From the NCBI GenBank assembly GCA_951406725.2, contig OX597822.1, positions 25,482,001 to 25,546,000 of the forward strand: 64,000 bases of DNA, in the 5' to 3' direction. The DNA is from Octopus vulgaris (Eukaryota). Both the position numbers and the translations under genes were made by a program. This document shows positions 1 to 14,345 of this stretch, one piece after another. The notes below the pieces were generated by a model, which saw only the letters and a program-made list of their open reading frames with translations, was not told the DNA's origin and did no database searches. How positions within the stretch are numbered: position 1 is the stretch's first letter; each line of letters starts with the position of its first letter.

Positions 1-225
1 AGTAAAGTAGTGAGCTGGTAGAATTGTTAGCGTATCGAGTAAAATGCTTGGCAGCATTTTATCAGTCTTTATGCTCTGAGTTCATATTTCACCGAAGTCG
101 ACTTTGCCTTTCATCCCTTTCGGGGTCGATAAATCAAGGGGCAGCTGAGTACTGGTGTCGATGTAATCGACTTACTCTCTCTCCTGAAATTATTGATCTC
201 GTGACATAGTTTGAAACCAATATTA
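1..225 (+). mobile_element. tRNA-derived SINE, family A (head GGCGGCGAGCTGGCAGAATCGTTAGC...), degenerate
   Basis: A-box-like TGGTAGAATTG, B-box-like GAGTTCA, body GTCGACTTTGCCTTTCATCC shared with more than 10 copies in the window. Confidence 0.8.
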
Positions 226-256
226 GATAACAGTATTATTAGATACATTTTGTGCT

Positions 257-590
257 AAGGTGGTGAACTGGCAGAAACGTTGGCACCCTGGGCGCATCCT
301 TTCGTGGTCGATTAAATAAGTACCAGTTACGCACTGGGGTCGATATAATCGACTTAATCCGTTTGTCTGTCCTTGTATGTCTCCTCTGTGTTTAGCCCCT
401 TGTGGGTAGTAAAGAAATGGGTATTTCTCCTGACTGTACGTCCTGAGTACAAATTCCGCCGGGGTCGACTTTGCCTTTCATCCTTTCGGGGTCGATAAAA
501 TAAGTATCATTTGAGCACTGGGGTCGATACTATCAACTTACTCGCTCCTGGGACTTGCTGGCCTTGTGCAAAAATTTGAAATCAATATTA
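257..590 (+). mobile_element. Nested family-A SINEs: a Tx1-tailed SINE (~296-419) inside a host SINE head
   Basis: Host head 257-295, then SINE body and tail GCCCCTTGTGGGTAGTAAAGAAAT, then the host resumes at GGTATTTC (420). Confidence 0.75.
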
Positions 591-1194
591 GATACACAGG
601 ATCGATAAAAGGTGGGGTGGTTATGATCATGGATGGAAATCACTTTGATTATAAGTCTCCTCAATTATTACTGACTTGGAGTAAAATAACTTATAATAAA
701 TGTATAGATCTATACATCTGGTGGTGATGGGTTTGTCAATAAAATCAACCGCGTTACTTGACATTTTAATTTTTTTTATTTAGCGTTCCCAGAAACGCAT
801 AAGACAAACTTGATCTCAGCCATAACAATGTCGTCTTTTATTTCAAGAATAGTGTACAAGGACTATATGTTCTGTTCTTTTTTTAAGAAGAAATAGCGTG
901 GTAAGAGAAAGAATCGGCTGCTATTTCTTGCATGTAGAACCAAGAGGCTTCTTACACTGTAATTTAGATAATTTATTACTTGTTGTGTCGAGTTGACTTT
1001 TACCTTTTTGGGACTTGCGTATTCTGTACTCTAATTCAGACTAGAGATTATCATTATATACATTATTTACATTATTTATATTTATTTACATTTATTTACA
1101 TTATTTATATTTATTTACATTATTTATATTTGTACATAATTTCTCATCTCTTAAATATAGAACTGTAGAGATTATCACTTGTCTCGAATTGGCT

Positions 1195-1655
1195 TACTTT
1201 TGGATCTGGATTATAGTTTGAATTATGCACAACGACTGCTATGCTAAAAGTTTGGATATAATCTGGACTGTAATTTTAAATACAAATATGTCGCAACATT
1301 TAGACTAGGACTGAGAATCTGATTACATGATGTCTAGTACGTCACAACATTTAAACCTAAATTCTGGTTTAAATTATGGCTGGTGTGCCACAAATTTAAT
1401 ATCTGATCTCTAGTTCTGATTGTATGATGATTGATATGTGATAAGTTTTAAATTTGGACTCTGGTTATCATTGTATGACGAATGGTGTATCACAAAATTT
1501 CAACCTGGATTTGATTCCGAATATATGATGAGTGGTATGTAATCATCTTTAAGAACTGGACTTCCGTTCTCTCGTATAAAGACTTGTATGACGCAACTTT
1601 TAAACCTGGATTGTAGTTCTGTTTGTATGGTGAGTGGTTTATTACATGTAGTTTC
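1195..1655. repeat. Degenerate ~50-bp tandem repeat (minisatellite), about 9 units
   Basis: Recurring units resembling AAACCTGGAYTSTAGTTCTGATTGTATGATGAGTGGTATGTCACAACATTT. Confidence 0.6.
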
Positions 1656-1659
1656 TATT

Positions 1660-2090
1660 GTTGAGTTTGGCTTGTCACCACTCTCCTGTCACACGCCATA
1701 TGTCCGTGGGCAACTATGGAGTGAACTTTAGGGCTTATAGATCTAATATTTTCCTATCCTTCCTGATTACCAGTTCCTTTATGCTACTCATATCTGCACT
1801 AGGGCTGCTTAGGAGGTTATTATGTCCTAGCATATGTGCTGCCTCATTTATTTTTCGTATTTTCCAGTGGTGTTCTCTGTCTATTATTTTAACTTCATCT
1901 CACTGGGGGAAGTGGTCTCCGTTTCTCCATACACGATCAGCTATACTCGATTTATCAATATCTCCCCGTGTCACAGCTTTGCAATGTTTCTCTACCCTTA
2001 TTTTGAGGGGGTGGCATGTTTCGCTTTTGTATAACCTACCACAGGTGCATGGGGTGGATTACACGCAGTCAGAGAGAACAGATTTTTTAT
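1660..2090 (-). mobile_element. Penelope-like element 3' remnant (GIY-YIG endonuclease region), degraded
   Basis: Manual minus-strand translation TPCTCGRLYKSETCHPLKIRVEKHCKAVTRGDIDKSSIADRVW...VKIIDREHHWKIRK resembles the PLE GIY-YIG domain; contains an in-frame stop. Confidence 0.7.
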
Positions 2091-2282
2091 AATAGATGTA
2101 TATGCATACAAAGGAATCAATTATTATTATTATTATTAGGTTATGATATTATTCCTATTAGATAAAGTATAAAAAAAGGAAAGAAAAAATTACCAAAAGA
2201 GAAATAATAGTGGAATTTAAATGATAAATCAATCTTAAGATTATTGTAGTTATGTAGGAATGAAAAGGTATATAAATGAGGA

Positions 2283-2357
<75 letters not shown>

Positions 2358-2520
2358 CATACACACACACACATATATATATATATATTTATAAATATAT
2401 ATATATATATATATACGTGCAAACATACCCATAGGTACATACATATTTCATGTGTTGAGAAGGGAGGATTACTGTAGTAGTTAGAATTTTTCTTTCTATA
2501 ATTACAATAGTTATACTCAA

Positions 2521-2554
<34 letters not shown>

Positions 2555-2555
<1 letters not shown>

Positions 2556-2765
2556 GTTAATCCAAACATAAAAACACAAAGAGAAAACACAACAAAGCGA
2601 GGACGTGGAACAAGTATAGGGTTATTGGACGCTCAGGAAAGGAAAGAAAGAAGGAGAATTGAACGTTTCGAGCGGAGCACTTCGTCAGAAACATAGGAAA
2701 AGGAAAGATCCAAGGAAGGGAAGACGGAGGAGAAAAAAAATCGCCAACGATACACATGCGGTCAC
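2555..2765 (-). mobile_element. Short Penelope-like terminal-repeat fragment with a minimal hammerhead-like motif
   Basis: Inverted homolog of 7970-8168; minus strand 2688-2662 reads CTGACGAAGTGCTCCGCTCGAAACGTT. Confidence 0.55.
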
Positions 2766-2799
2766 ACACACACTCACACACACACACACACATACATAC

Positions 2800-2874
<75 letters not shown>

Positions 2875-3707
2875 GCGATATGTTTTCTATCGATGGCTTG
2901 AAATAAAAGTCGACAATAAGTGGATAAGAATTTATATTAATACCTGTGATATGAGTCGGTACTAAAAGTAATAAATTTCCGGGTATTAATCAAGATACTT
3001 TATTATTTTCCGTTACCTTTTGTTTATCGAGTTGCTGACATCCTGCGGGAAGTGGGAAGGGGGTTATGGTCAGTCCCGTAATCTAATTGGTCATCTATTG
3101 TTTTGAAAGGCCATGACTTTGTTATGGTTGGTTAATGGATAACCGATAACAAAGTAGGCAAAAATATATCTAAAGGTATATAAATAACCCCCCCCCCCCA
3201 AAAAAAAACCCCAAATAATCCAAGGTTAACTATTAGTATAAATCAATAAAGAAATTAATATAGGGACTTGACTCTATTATATATTACTAAATTATGCAAT
3301 ATATTTCAGTACCTTGTGAGTAAGTTCCAATAGTATTTAAGATTGTCATTCCAAGCAAAGAGTTTATACACGGTGTTATTGAATCGAGGGTTTTATTTAA
3401 AGGTACTGGAATCGTATATGTATACCATTCTGCCTAAATATTAGAACTACAAATGCAATATCCAAGCATATCTGACGTCTATTTTCATTCCTCCACTTAA
3501 CTCTCTATTTCATATCTTATCTAGAATAACTATTGTTAACCATTTTCTCACAGCGTCTCCGATGAAAGGGTGTATATAAAATATCTGAGAAACAGCTGTA
3601 AGACCTATTTATAAATGTTCTGAAGTCTTTCACAGCCTTGGATTTTTAACTTATTCTGAAAATTTATATATATATATATATATATATGCATACATACACA
3701 CATAGCT

Positions 3708-4236
3708 ATGTATGTATGTATGTATGTATGTATGTATGTATGTATGTATGTATGTATGTATGTATGTTTGTATGTATGTATGCATGAATGTATGCATGCA
3801 TGCATGTATGTATGTATGTATGTATGTATGCATGAATGTATGCATGCATGCATGCATGTATGTATGTATGTATGTATGTATGTATGTATGTATGTATGTA
3901 TGTATGTACCACTGGTTTCATAGCGTGTGCTGGAGAGTGGGTTCTGTGCTGTGCAACACTTTACCTACTCACAGCAAATTCACGAATTTTCTTGGCTCTA
4001 GGAATATTGACACTTGGAACTTTAAGGAAGTTGTCACGAGTGAACTTCTCTCATATATAAATGGGTGTGTGTGTGTGTGTATGTCTCTGAGTGTGTGTAT
4101 ATATGTGTGTGTAATCATATATAAAAAATATTAACACAATATATACATACAGGTATATACGTATATACTTATATATGTATATACACATATATATGTATAT
4201 ATATATATATTACATATATGTATATGTGAATATATT

Positions 4237-4269
<33 letters not shown>

Positions 4270-4761
4270 ACATACATACATACATACATACATACACACA
4301 TACGTACATACATACATACATACATACATACATACATACATACATACATACATACATACATACATACATACATACATACATACATACATACATACATACA
4401 CATATGTCCAAAGACACATATACTCTGATATATCAGTAGCCATTAAGTACGTTTATATCTTCTCAGGCATGGCATCTATTCCCTCGATTTACCGAGATAT
4501 TATCTTTCATAAAGTAACATATTTCACGCGTGTCTCATGATATAAGCAAATGGTTTCTCATACAATCATCACGCTTCACTAACGCACCTGCAATTTGGAA
4601 GTTCCTACATAAGAGCTTAACTACCTACCTACCTACCTACCTACCTACCTACCTACCTACCTACCTACCTACCTACCTACCTACCTACCTACCTACCTAC
4701 CTACCTACCTACCTACCTACCTATCTATCTATCTATCTATCTATCTATTTATCTACCTATG

Positions 4762-4800
<39 letters not shown>
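3708..4800. repeat. Compound tetranucleotide microsatellites (TATG/CATA, CCTA, TCTA)
   Basis: Directly visible arrays at ~3708-3907, 4240-4400 and 4621-4800. Confidence 0.95.
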
Positions 4801-4804
<4 letters not shown>

Positions 4805-4931
4805 GTACTTGTCCAACACATTCCTCCATCTGATCCTCAATCTTCCACACCACTCCCTTTCTATATATGTGTGTTTATGTTCTATATGAATATATATATA
4901 TATATATAAAATTATATATATGTATATAATT

Positions 4932-4963
<32 letters not shown>

Positions 4964-5011
4964 TATATATATATATAATATATATATATATATTTATATA
5001 TATAATATATA

Positions 5012-5061
<50 letters not shown>

Positions 5062-5068
<7 letters not shown>

Positions 5069-5249
5069 GGTGCATAATTATTGCGGATTTTTTTCAGCAA
5101 ATTTTATTCAACAAATTTTATTCAACAAAAAGAATAACAATATTTAACAAAAACATCTTTAAATGACGGTCTGACCGTCTGCCAAGCAAATGGGAAGCAG
5201 TAATTGAAGTAGATGGTGAATATGCCGCAATAATTTAGCACCAACCCAA
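5062..5249. mobile_element. Mariner-type MITE (~190 bp)
   Basis: TIRs TTGGATTGGTGCATAATTATTGCGG ... CCGCAATAATTTAGCACCAACCCAA, flanked by TA; TIR resembles Hsmar1/MADE1-type ends. Confidence 0.8.
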
Positions 5250-5318
5250 TATATACATTCACACACACATGTACATACATATATGCAAACATATTATATA
5301 TGTATAAATATATATGTA

Positions 5319-5387
<69 letters not shown>

Positions 5388-5984
5388 GCCTACATAAACA
5401 TATTTATATGTATACATATATATACATATATATGTATATATATGCATGCACAAATACATATGAATGTGCCTTGCATTTGTTGACAATATATACGCGTATA
5501 TATGTGTATGTTCGTGTGTGTTTGTGCGCGCGCGTGTGTGTGTGTATGTGTGTGTGTGTGTGTGTGTGTGCATTAATGCTTGAATTTATACCAGGTTTTA
5601 CATTTATCTACTGAATAGTCTTTGTTGACTAGATATTTATTAAGCCTTTGCAAGAATCTTGGTAGCAGTGACTTCGAATTTGAGTCCTGCTAGAGTCTCT
5701 TGGATTCACACACACATGCACACACAAATACACACACTCACACAGATATATATATGTAGGTGTTTGTTTGTATTTGTATGTGTGCAAAACTGTGCTTGTA
5801 CTTCTTTCTCTCCAGCCGCCTGTCAGTCGGTATAGATGGCTTTACTTCTCCGTAACTTAGAGTTTGACAAAAGAGATCGATAGAATACGTACCAGGCTTT
5901 AAAAAAGGACTGAGATCGATTCATTCGTCTAAAACTTCTTCAAGTCAATGCACCAGCGTGGTCGCAGTCTTAATGACTGCCACG

Positions 5985-6020
<36 letters not shown>

Positions 6021-6375
6021 TCTTCTTTTCTCCTCCTCCCCTCCTTGCTCTTCTTCTTCTCGTCGTCGTCGTCCTCCTCCTCCTCCTCTTTCTTCTCTTT
6101 CTTCTTCTTCTTCTTCTTCTTCTTCCTTACCAAGAATTCACAATGACCTCGAACCCACAACAGTAAACAAGAGAGACAGAGACAGGCAGAAAACAGGAAA
6201 ATGTCCCTTGTATTTGAATACCATGCAAATATTCTTTTAAAAAACTTTCCTTTTAATTTTCCCAAAATTTAATTGTTTTCCATACTTACAGTTGAAAAAG
6301 TCTCAATGTCTGAAACCGGTACTTAAATGTTTTTTATAAAATTATTTTAGCATTCTCTACCTTGTCTTTTTTTTT

Positions 6376-6417
<42 letters not shown>

Positions 6418-7028
6418 AGCTCAACAGCGAGTTTAAATCTGTGAATGAGATTGGATTAACTATTCTACATAGTAAAATCCATTTGCCAACGCAAGGTGGC
6501 AGTCCTGTATAGGACCATGTTACTACCTTTTAACCCCAAGAAAGCAACTTTTCCAGCTGTTATCGACGTACGATCTGTGTCTGAAATATATATGTATATA
6601 AGTGTGCGCGTGCACACACTCACTATTCCCTTCCTTCTATCACTATTCCCTTGTCTTAAACCCAATGTAACTCAGTCCATCCCTGTCCATCCATTCACGT
6701 CCCCTACAATTTATTTTTATCAATAATTATTTCTCTATATTTACAAGTGATTGCAACTCTTATTAAAGAAAGACAATAGTAATTGAAAACTGTGGCAATG
6801 TTTCATTCCCTAACCAGACGAGCATATAACAACAGGACAGCCAAAACTCAGGATCCTTAGCGGGACACAACTTTATATATGGTTGTAACTGATGTGACCC
6901 AGACTGCAAATTTGATGCAACACATGTTGAACGGAGTTCCACCCGTAAGGAACAGTAACAGGATGGGTCGAAACAACCGAGTACAAAATTAAGATTAATA
7001 ACAAATCCATCTTCTCGTTACTTAAGAA

Positions 7029-7078
<50 letters not shown>

Positions 7079-7256
7079 TATTATTATCATCATCATTATT
7101 ATTTTTGACCATAAACAAAACTTGACTTAAACAGGATTCAAATAATCCTATCAGGTGGTGCTATTAAGTTAGACATGGCCTGGACCAATCATTGGTCGAA
7201 ACATATCTAAGTTTATCTAAGTTTATATGTGTGTATATATACATATATACATATAC

Positions 7257-7334
<78 letters not shown>

Positions 7335-7339
<5 letters not shown>

Positions 7340-7500
7340 GAAGTAATTAAATGGAGTTGAACGCAGCAGGTGTTATTCAAATTCTTTTACTTTTGACATA
7401 TGTTTCGAAGACAACATTGGTTTTATTCCAAAGGAATAAACGGTGTAAAATAATGTAATCTTCTCACCAGGAAAGAAAGAGAACCTATCTCAACAAGACA
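7335..7500 (-). ncRNA. Degenerate hammerhead-ribozyme-like motif in a probable Penelope-like remnant
   Basis: Minus strand: CTGGTGA-GAAGA...TCTTC-GAAA-CATATG-TC; core differs from CUGANGA at one position. Confidence 0.4.
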
Positions 7501-7889
7501 TTATATATATATAAGCGGATAAACAAGTTAGGCAAATCAAATATATTACATATATTAATACATCAGATACAAAATGTATATATGCATAAATGCATAACGA
7601 GAGAAAGCAACAGCTGGAAACTTTAGGATGATTTTTTATATACAAATATATAGGTATTTATATTAGTAGTCCAATCTACTCAGAGTACAAACGACAGAGA
7701 AATTAAAGGAGTGTAATATATTTCATGTATCTAAATTGTTTATCCGTACAATTACTTCTATACCCGCTCAACTTGATCCCTCTTACCGCCTTTCTTTACC
7801 TTGTAGAATTGATCCACTATAAAGACATCAGAGTCTAAGTTTGAATATTTTGAGTACTATTATGTGACTTCTATACGGAGAATATAGGG

Positions 7890-7950
<61 letters not shown>

Positions 7951-7969
7951 CATATATATATATTTCAAT

Positions 7970-8168
7970 ATGTGACCGCGTGTGTATCGTTGGTGATTTT
8001 CTTTCTCCGTCTTCCCTTCCTTGGACTTTTCCTGTTTTCTATATTTCTGACGAAGAGCTCCGCTCCAAACGTTAAATACTCCTTCCTTCTTTCCTTTCAT
8101 GTCCGTCCAATAACACTTCCACGTCCTTGCGTTGTTGTGTTTTCTCTTTGTTCATGTTTGGATTAACT
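7970..8168 (+). mobile_element. Short Penelope-like terminal-repeat fragment with a minimal hammerhead-like motif
   Basis: CTGACGAAGAGCTCCGCTCCAAACGTT at 8047-8073; homolog of 2555-2765; flanked by (TA)n. Confidence 0.55.
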
Positions 8169-8924
8169 ATATATATATATATATAGTTCTCTGTGTGTAT
8201 ATATATATGTATAGATACATAGACATATTCATACGTACGTGCGTACGTTCATACATACATGATGCATACATACATACATACATCCATACATACATACATA
8301 CATACATACATACATACATACATACATACATACATACATACATACATACATGCATGCAAGCATGCATATAAACCGAATACTTACTGATACGTTAACTAAG
8401 AGAGTGCTCCACCTCACTATTGATCAAAAGTAATGAAAGTAAGAGCAGAAACAGTGCGAGAGTGAAATCATGCAAACTGTGCATTACTATAAAACGTATA
8501 TTCATTTTCAAGCTTCTGACCACTCGTTATTTTTTATTGCTCATTTAAAAAAAATACGCAAGTCTCAGTCCATTGAATCCTGAATGTACGTTAGAACGAT
8601 TGCTGTGCTGATAATGCATGCTGACCAAGACATTATTTGTATTTCCTGGCAATAATCCTGCCCTCTTCCTTATTGGCATGTCAGCTTTGAAGCTCGATCG
8701 CACCTCTTCAGGTGGAGCAGGTCTTAACTACTATTTGGTATTTCTGGTATATCATCTATAAGTTAAGATAATTTTTACAAATTATTTTGCATGATATTTG
8801 GTATACCTGTATTTGTCTACTTTCTTCATATGCATGCCACTGACCACTCTGTATTATTTATTCCTCTTAGCACATTGTTTATCTATAAACGTACCTATAT
8901 ATATATATAAATATATATATATAT

Positions 8925-9459
<535 letters not shown>

Positions 9460-9620
9460 GGCAGGCGTAGGAGCGGCTATGTGGTAAAAAGCTTGCTTCC
9501 CAACTACATCGTTCCGGGTTCAATCCACTGCGTGACACCTTGAACAAGTGTCTTCTAATATAGCCTCGGGCCAGCCAAACTCTTGATTTGGTAGACGGAA
9601 GCAATAAAGAAATCCGTCTT
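9460..9620 (+). mobile_element. tRNA-derived SINE family B, 5' part
   Basis: GGAGCGGCTATGTGGTAAAAAGCTTGCTTCCCAAC...GGGTTCAATCC matches 19085 ff. Confidence 0.75.
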
Positions 9621-10571
9621 ATATATATATTTATTGTTTTGTTCTTTTAACTATTTCAGTCATTTAACATTTAACTACGGCTATGTTGGAGCATTGCCTT
9701 AAAGGGTTTTATTTGAAGACATCCACCCAGGGAGGTATTCTTTGTAAGCTTATTACTTATCATATAGGCCTCTTTTGGCAAACAGTTACGTCACGAGGAC
9801 ATAAACACACCAGCATTAGTTGTCAAGCAAACAAGGGGGCAAACACAAACACACACAGATACACAGATACACACACACACACACACACAAATACACACAC
9901 AAACACACACACACATACACACACACACACATGTACCTGCGTACCATCCCGGCAAGATATATAATGTAACAACACTCCAATAGCAAAAGGTAAGTCCCCA
10001 ACAGTCATGATATCAATATCAATCAAACCTGGATCTATTTCCATCGTCGTCTTTAAGAGTACAATAACACGGTAATAGTCATTATCCCATCACCTCTCTA
10101 TCATCCTGTGCCACCCTTATCATTCCAGCAACCCTATCACCACCTTCTTATCGTCACCAAGAATTTTAATCCTCTCATATTCACAAAATAACAATTATGT
10201 GAAAGATCAAGTGATACCCAGTTCTCTTGTCGTGCTTTTGTATCCCTTAGGGACCTCTGCGTGCCACAGGGCCGAAGCTTGTCTCTAGTTTCTTTGATGT
10301 TGCTGTCACAAACGTGAGAGTTAGATCTATGATTGGGCGGATCACTGGTCTATCAAAAGTAATTCTTTTCGTGCTGGAGGTGCTGAAGTAGACAGTACAT
10401 GAATGAAACTTGACAGTTTTTAAGTTTATCCCGCAACTTCACTACGGTGAAATGTACCAATCAACAGTTAGTACTTATAGCTAGGTTTACTCTAATCAGG
10501 GATTGTCTACGTGATCTCTTAGCTTGCTAAAAGTAGCAACCAGATGGCCCTTCAATCTATACTCTTTAGTC

Positions 10572-10940
10572 TTTCACTTGTTTCAGTCATTTGACTGCGG
10601 CCATGCTGGAGCGCCGCCTTTAGTCGAGCAAATCGATCCCAGGACTTATTCTTTGGAAGCCTAGTACTTATGCTATCGGTTTTTTTGCCGAACCGCTAAG
10701 TTACGGGGACGTAAACACACCACCATTGGTTGTCAAGCGATGTTGGGGGACAAACACAGACACACAAACATATACACACATACATATATACATACATATA
10801 TACGACGGGCTTCTTTCAGTTTCCGTCTACCAAATCCACTCACAAGGCTTTGGTCGGCCCGAAGCTATAGTAGAAGACACTTGCCCAATGTGCCACGCAA
10901 TAGGAATGAACCCGGAACCATGTGGTTGTAAAGCGAGCAA
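10572..10940 (-). mobile_element. tRNA-derived SINE family B
   Basis: Reverse-complement match to 19085-19555, including the internal (TA/CA) tract. Confidence 0.8.
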
Positions 10941-11383
10941 CTTTATTTCATAAATTTGTCATATAGATAGTACAAAGAGCTTTGCCGGCTGGACAAACAC
11001 GTTAATGAATGAAAATGAATTATAATGAATAAATGAGAGACGAAACCCAACACTCGCCGATTGAATTTTTCTCGAAAACATATTTTCTTTTTTTTTTTTT
11101 AAATCAATATAAGGTTTCGAACCTTTTATAAGGAGGAGGCACTAAAACCTCTTACTTAACATATTTTCTTTTTTCTTTCTTGAAACACAAAATTGAGGTT
11201 ATAAACCACTACAAAATAGTCCAATAAGGTGAGGTTTCAAACTCTGTAACGAGGGTTTTTCACCTCTTACTCTTCGATATATCCATCGATATATTCATCA
11301 TTATCTTCAATGCCGCTTTAAAATTGAAGGAGAAGAGACAGGATATTAATGGTTAGAGGATACGTCAGTATGTTTATAAGCGT

Positions 11384-11434
<51 letters not shown>

Positions 11435-11679
11435 CGCGCGCGCGTGTGTGTGTGAATCTTGGCTAAGATTATTAGCATTCAACAGCGTATATATTTATGT
11501 TTAGTTATTTCACCTTTGACTGAACCTGGAACCAAGCTTCTTTAACTAACACAGTCATGTGTATATATACATACATGCATACAGAAACACACACACACAC
11601 AGAATGAGGGTTGAAATGGGGCTAAACAACACAAGAATTACAAAAGCAACGTCAACAACTAACAACAGATGATCTAAAT

Positions 11680-12521
11680 GTTCAGTAAGTCCCGGACTGT
11701 TGCCATAGTAACGAAGCTAAATCACGCAGAGGAAAGCCGCTCGATACAGACTGATCTTGAACTATGTTGTGCATGCGCACTAAATTTTAACGTTCTAGCT
11801 CACTTTCGCTGCTTACAGCAGTGCTTGGAAAGAAGGTGTGTAGCGAATGACGGTCTCATTGATCATGATAGAAAAAGTTGTGCAGAGAATCTGCATCAGA
11901 TTTTGCCTAAGCTTGGCGATGCTTGTTCTGAAGCCTACGCAAAGTTTTCAACAACAAGTTGTCATCGTCCTCGACACAATTAAAGAGATCTCGTGCAACT
12001 GATCTTTTGGTCTGCGTCTCATACCCAAATCTTCAGTGATAATGGACTGAACTGAACCGCAACTAAACTGCACATCCTTTGATAACTCACCGATGGAGAT
12101 TTGACAATTTCCCCTCACAGCAGCACGCACACCTGCGATGTTTTTCTCAGTTCTCCTGGTTGCGGTCTCCTAGAACGTTCGTCACTATCCAGATTTTTTC
12201 GGCTATCTTGGAAACGTCTGAGCCATTCATATACTTGTGTGCATTTCATACACTCTTCTCCATGTACTTTCTGCAACATTACGTAGGCCTCCGATCGGGT
12301 ATCGCCATGATAACTTTCTCCGTCATGGTCTATGCGACGATCACACGCTACACACCTTCCTTCCAGCACTGTTGTAAACAACGGAAGTGAGCTAGAACGT
12401 TAAAACTTAGTGCACATGAGCAGCACAGTTGAAGGTCAATTTCTGCCAATCGACTTTACTCTGCATGATTTAGCTTTGTCATTATGACATTAACAGCCTG
12501 GATACTTATTGACCAAACCAC

Positions 12522-12522
<1 letters not shown>
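11680..12522 (-). mobile_element. Non-autonomous mariner derivative built from two inverted 5' ends
   Basis: ORFs 12115-12381 (EAYVMLQKVHGEECMKCTQVYEWLRRFQDSRKNLDSDERSRRP) and 11948-12130 encode mariner HTH segments; 11680-11945 is a diverged inverted copy of 12280-12522. Confidence 0.75.
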
Positions 12523-12563
<41 letters not shown>

Positions 12564-12645
12564 GAAGAAATGGAGCTGAACGCAGATTGAACAGAAATCG
12601 TTTTATTTCATCTACTACAAGATTATTCATCTTTCTATTTCACAT

Positions 12646-12676
<31 letters not shown>

Positions 12677-13087
12677 GTGTGTGTGTATTCGTATTTGTTG
12701 TCCAAATACTGCTTGACAACCGGGTCTGGTGTATTTATATCGCATAACTTAGCAGTTCAGCAAGAGACACCGATAGAATAAGTACTAGGTTTAAAAATTT
12801 AGTCCTGGCAGTCGATTTGTTCGACTAGAACCATCAAAATGGCGCCTCATCATAGCCGCAGTCAAATTTGTGAATAAAAATTAAAAGAATATATATATAT
12901 TCATATTCTTGTATGTTATATTTTAAGGATTACTGGTATCTTTATATATTTTATATGTAAAGCATAATATGTTATCCATGTATGTATATTCTTGTAATTG
13001 TCATTTTAGTAAATAAATAAATACGTTGACATAATATAATGTCTAAAAGTTGATGAACCACCTATTGATCCCTCCATTTTCTTATTG

Positions 13088-13168
<81 letters not shown>

Positions 13169-14345
13169 ATGTATGTATGTATGTATGTATGTATGTATTA
13201 TGTATGTATGTATGCATGTATGCATGTATGCGTATGCATATGGATATGTATACATACTGTATGTATAAATGATTATAAGCATTATTGTTCCATGTTTCAA
13301 TGATACATTCTAATCAAACTATAGACATCAAAATTCTAAATTCGATGCAGAATTATATCTACCATATATGGACATGAAAAAAATAAAAAACAACCTTATA
13401 TGAACAATCAGTGTTACACTTCTTTTTTTATTGTATCATTTCTTAAAAATCTACCAAAAGACACACAAAAAAACCCGACACAATAGTGATATCATTTCAT
13501 TCCAGGTAACTTGAACTTAGTGAATCACAGGTGCTTTAGTCGTAATAATACTGCACGCAGTCAGTTCATCTTCGTTTGAAACGTGATAAACAAGATAAAA
13601 ATATGTAAGGTAAACGTGTCAATACTCTGTAATATTTCCTCTCTGTTTTCTGGGTTTTTTTCGTTACTGTTGTTGTTTTTGTTACACAAGTGTGTATGTG
13701 TGTATGTGTTTGGTTTCTGAAAGGTATTTTTTTGACCAGCTAATGGGTTTATGCTTTATGGCCTGTGTTAAGGTAAACAAGTACTTTGCATTAATCCTGT
13801 AACTATGGTTAACAAACATCTTAAGGTCACTGTTTGGAGTTTACTTTATCATTATTATTTTTTTGACTGTTTACTTCGTTTTCTTTCTTTCTTTCTTCTT
13901 TCTCAATAGCTCCCCGCCTTTCTTTCATTCTTTTGCGCTCTTCTTTCTTGTTTGTTTACTTCTCTTCTTTGTCCATGTATTTGCTTTTACAGATTTTGAA
14001 CTGGTTTCTCTTGTCTTCTTTTTAACTAATAAGAAACATTTCGTAACTCATTCCGTTTTTGTGACATCAATGAAGACTCTGATTCCATTTAGAGATTATA
14101 AGGAGGACAGAACACGAAAGGGTTTTCCCATGGCCGTATTTTCATAATCCCCTGGGAAACACATGTTAATTACACCTCCACCATTGCGTTCAAAGGTGAA
14201 ATAACTGTGTGTGTTTGTGTGTGTTTGTGTGTGTGTGTATATATTTATACTTGGAGTGCGTCGTTGAATGTTAATAATCTTAGCCAAGATTCTCAATGTT
14301 GCTTTGGGATTAAGAGCTTAGCCAAGTGCTACAAAGTGTTTCTTT

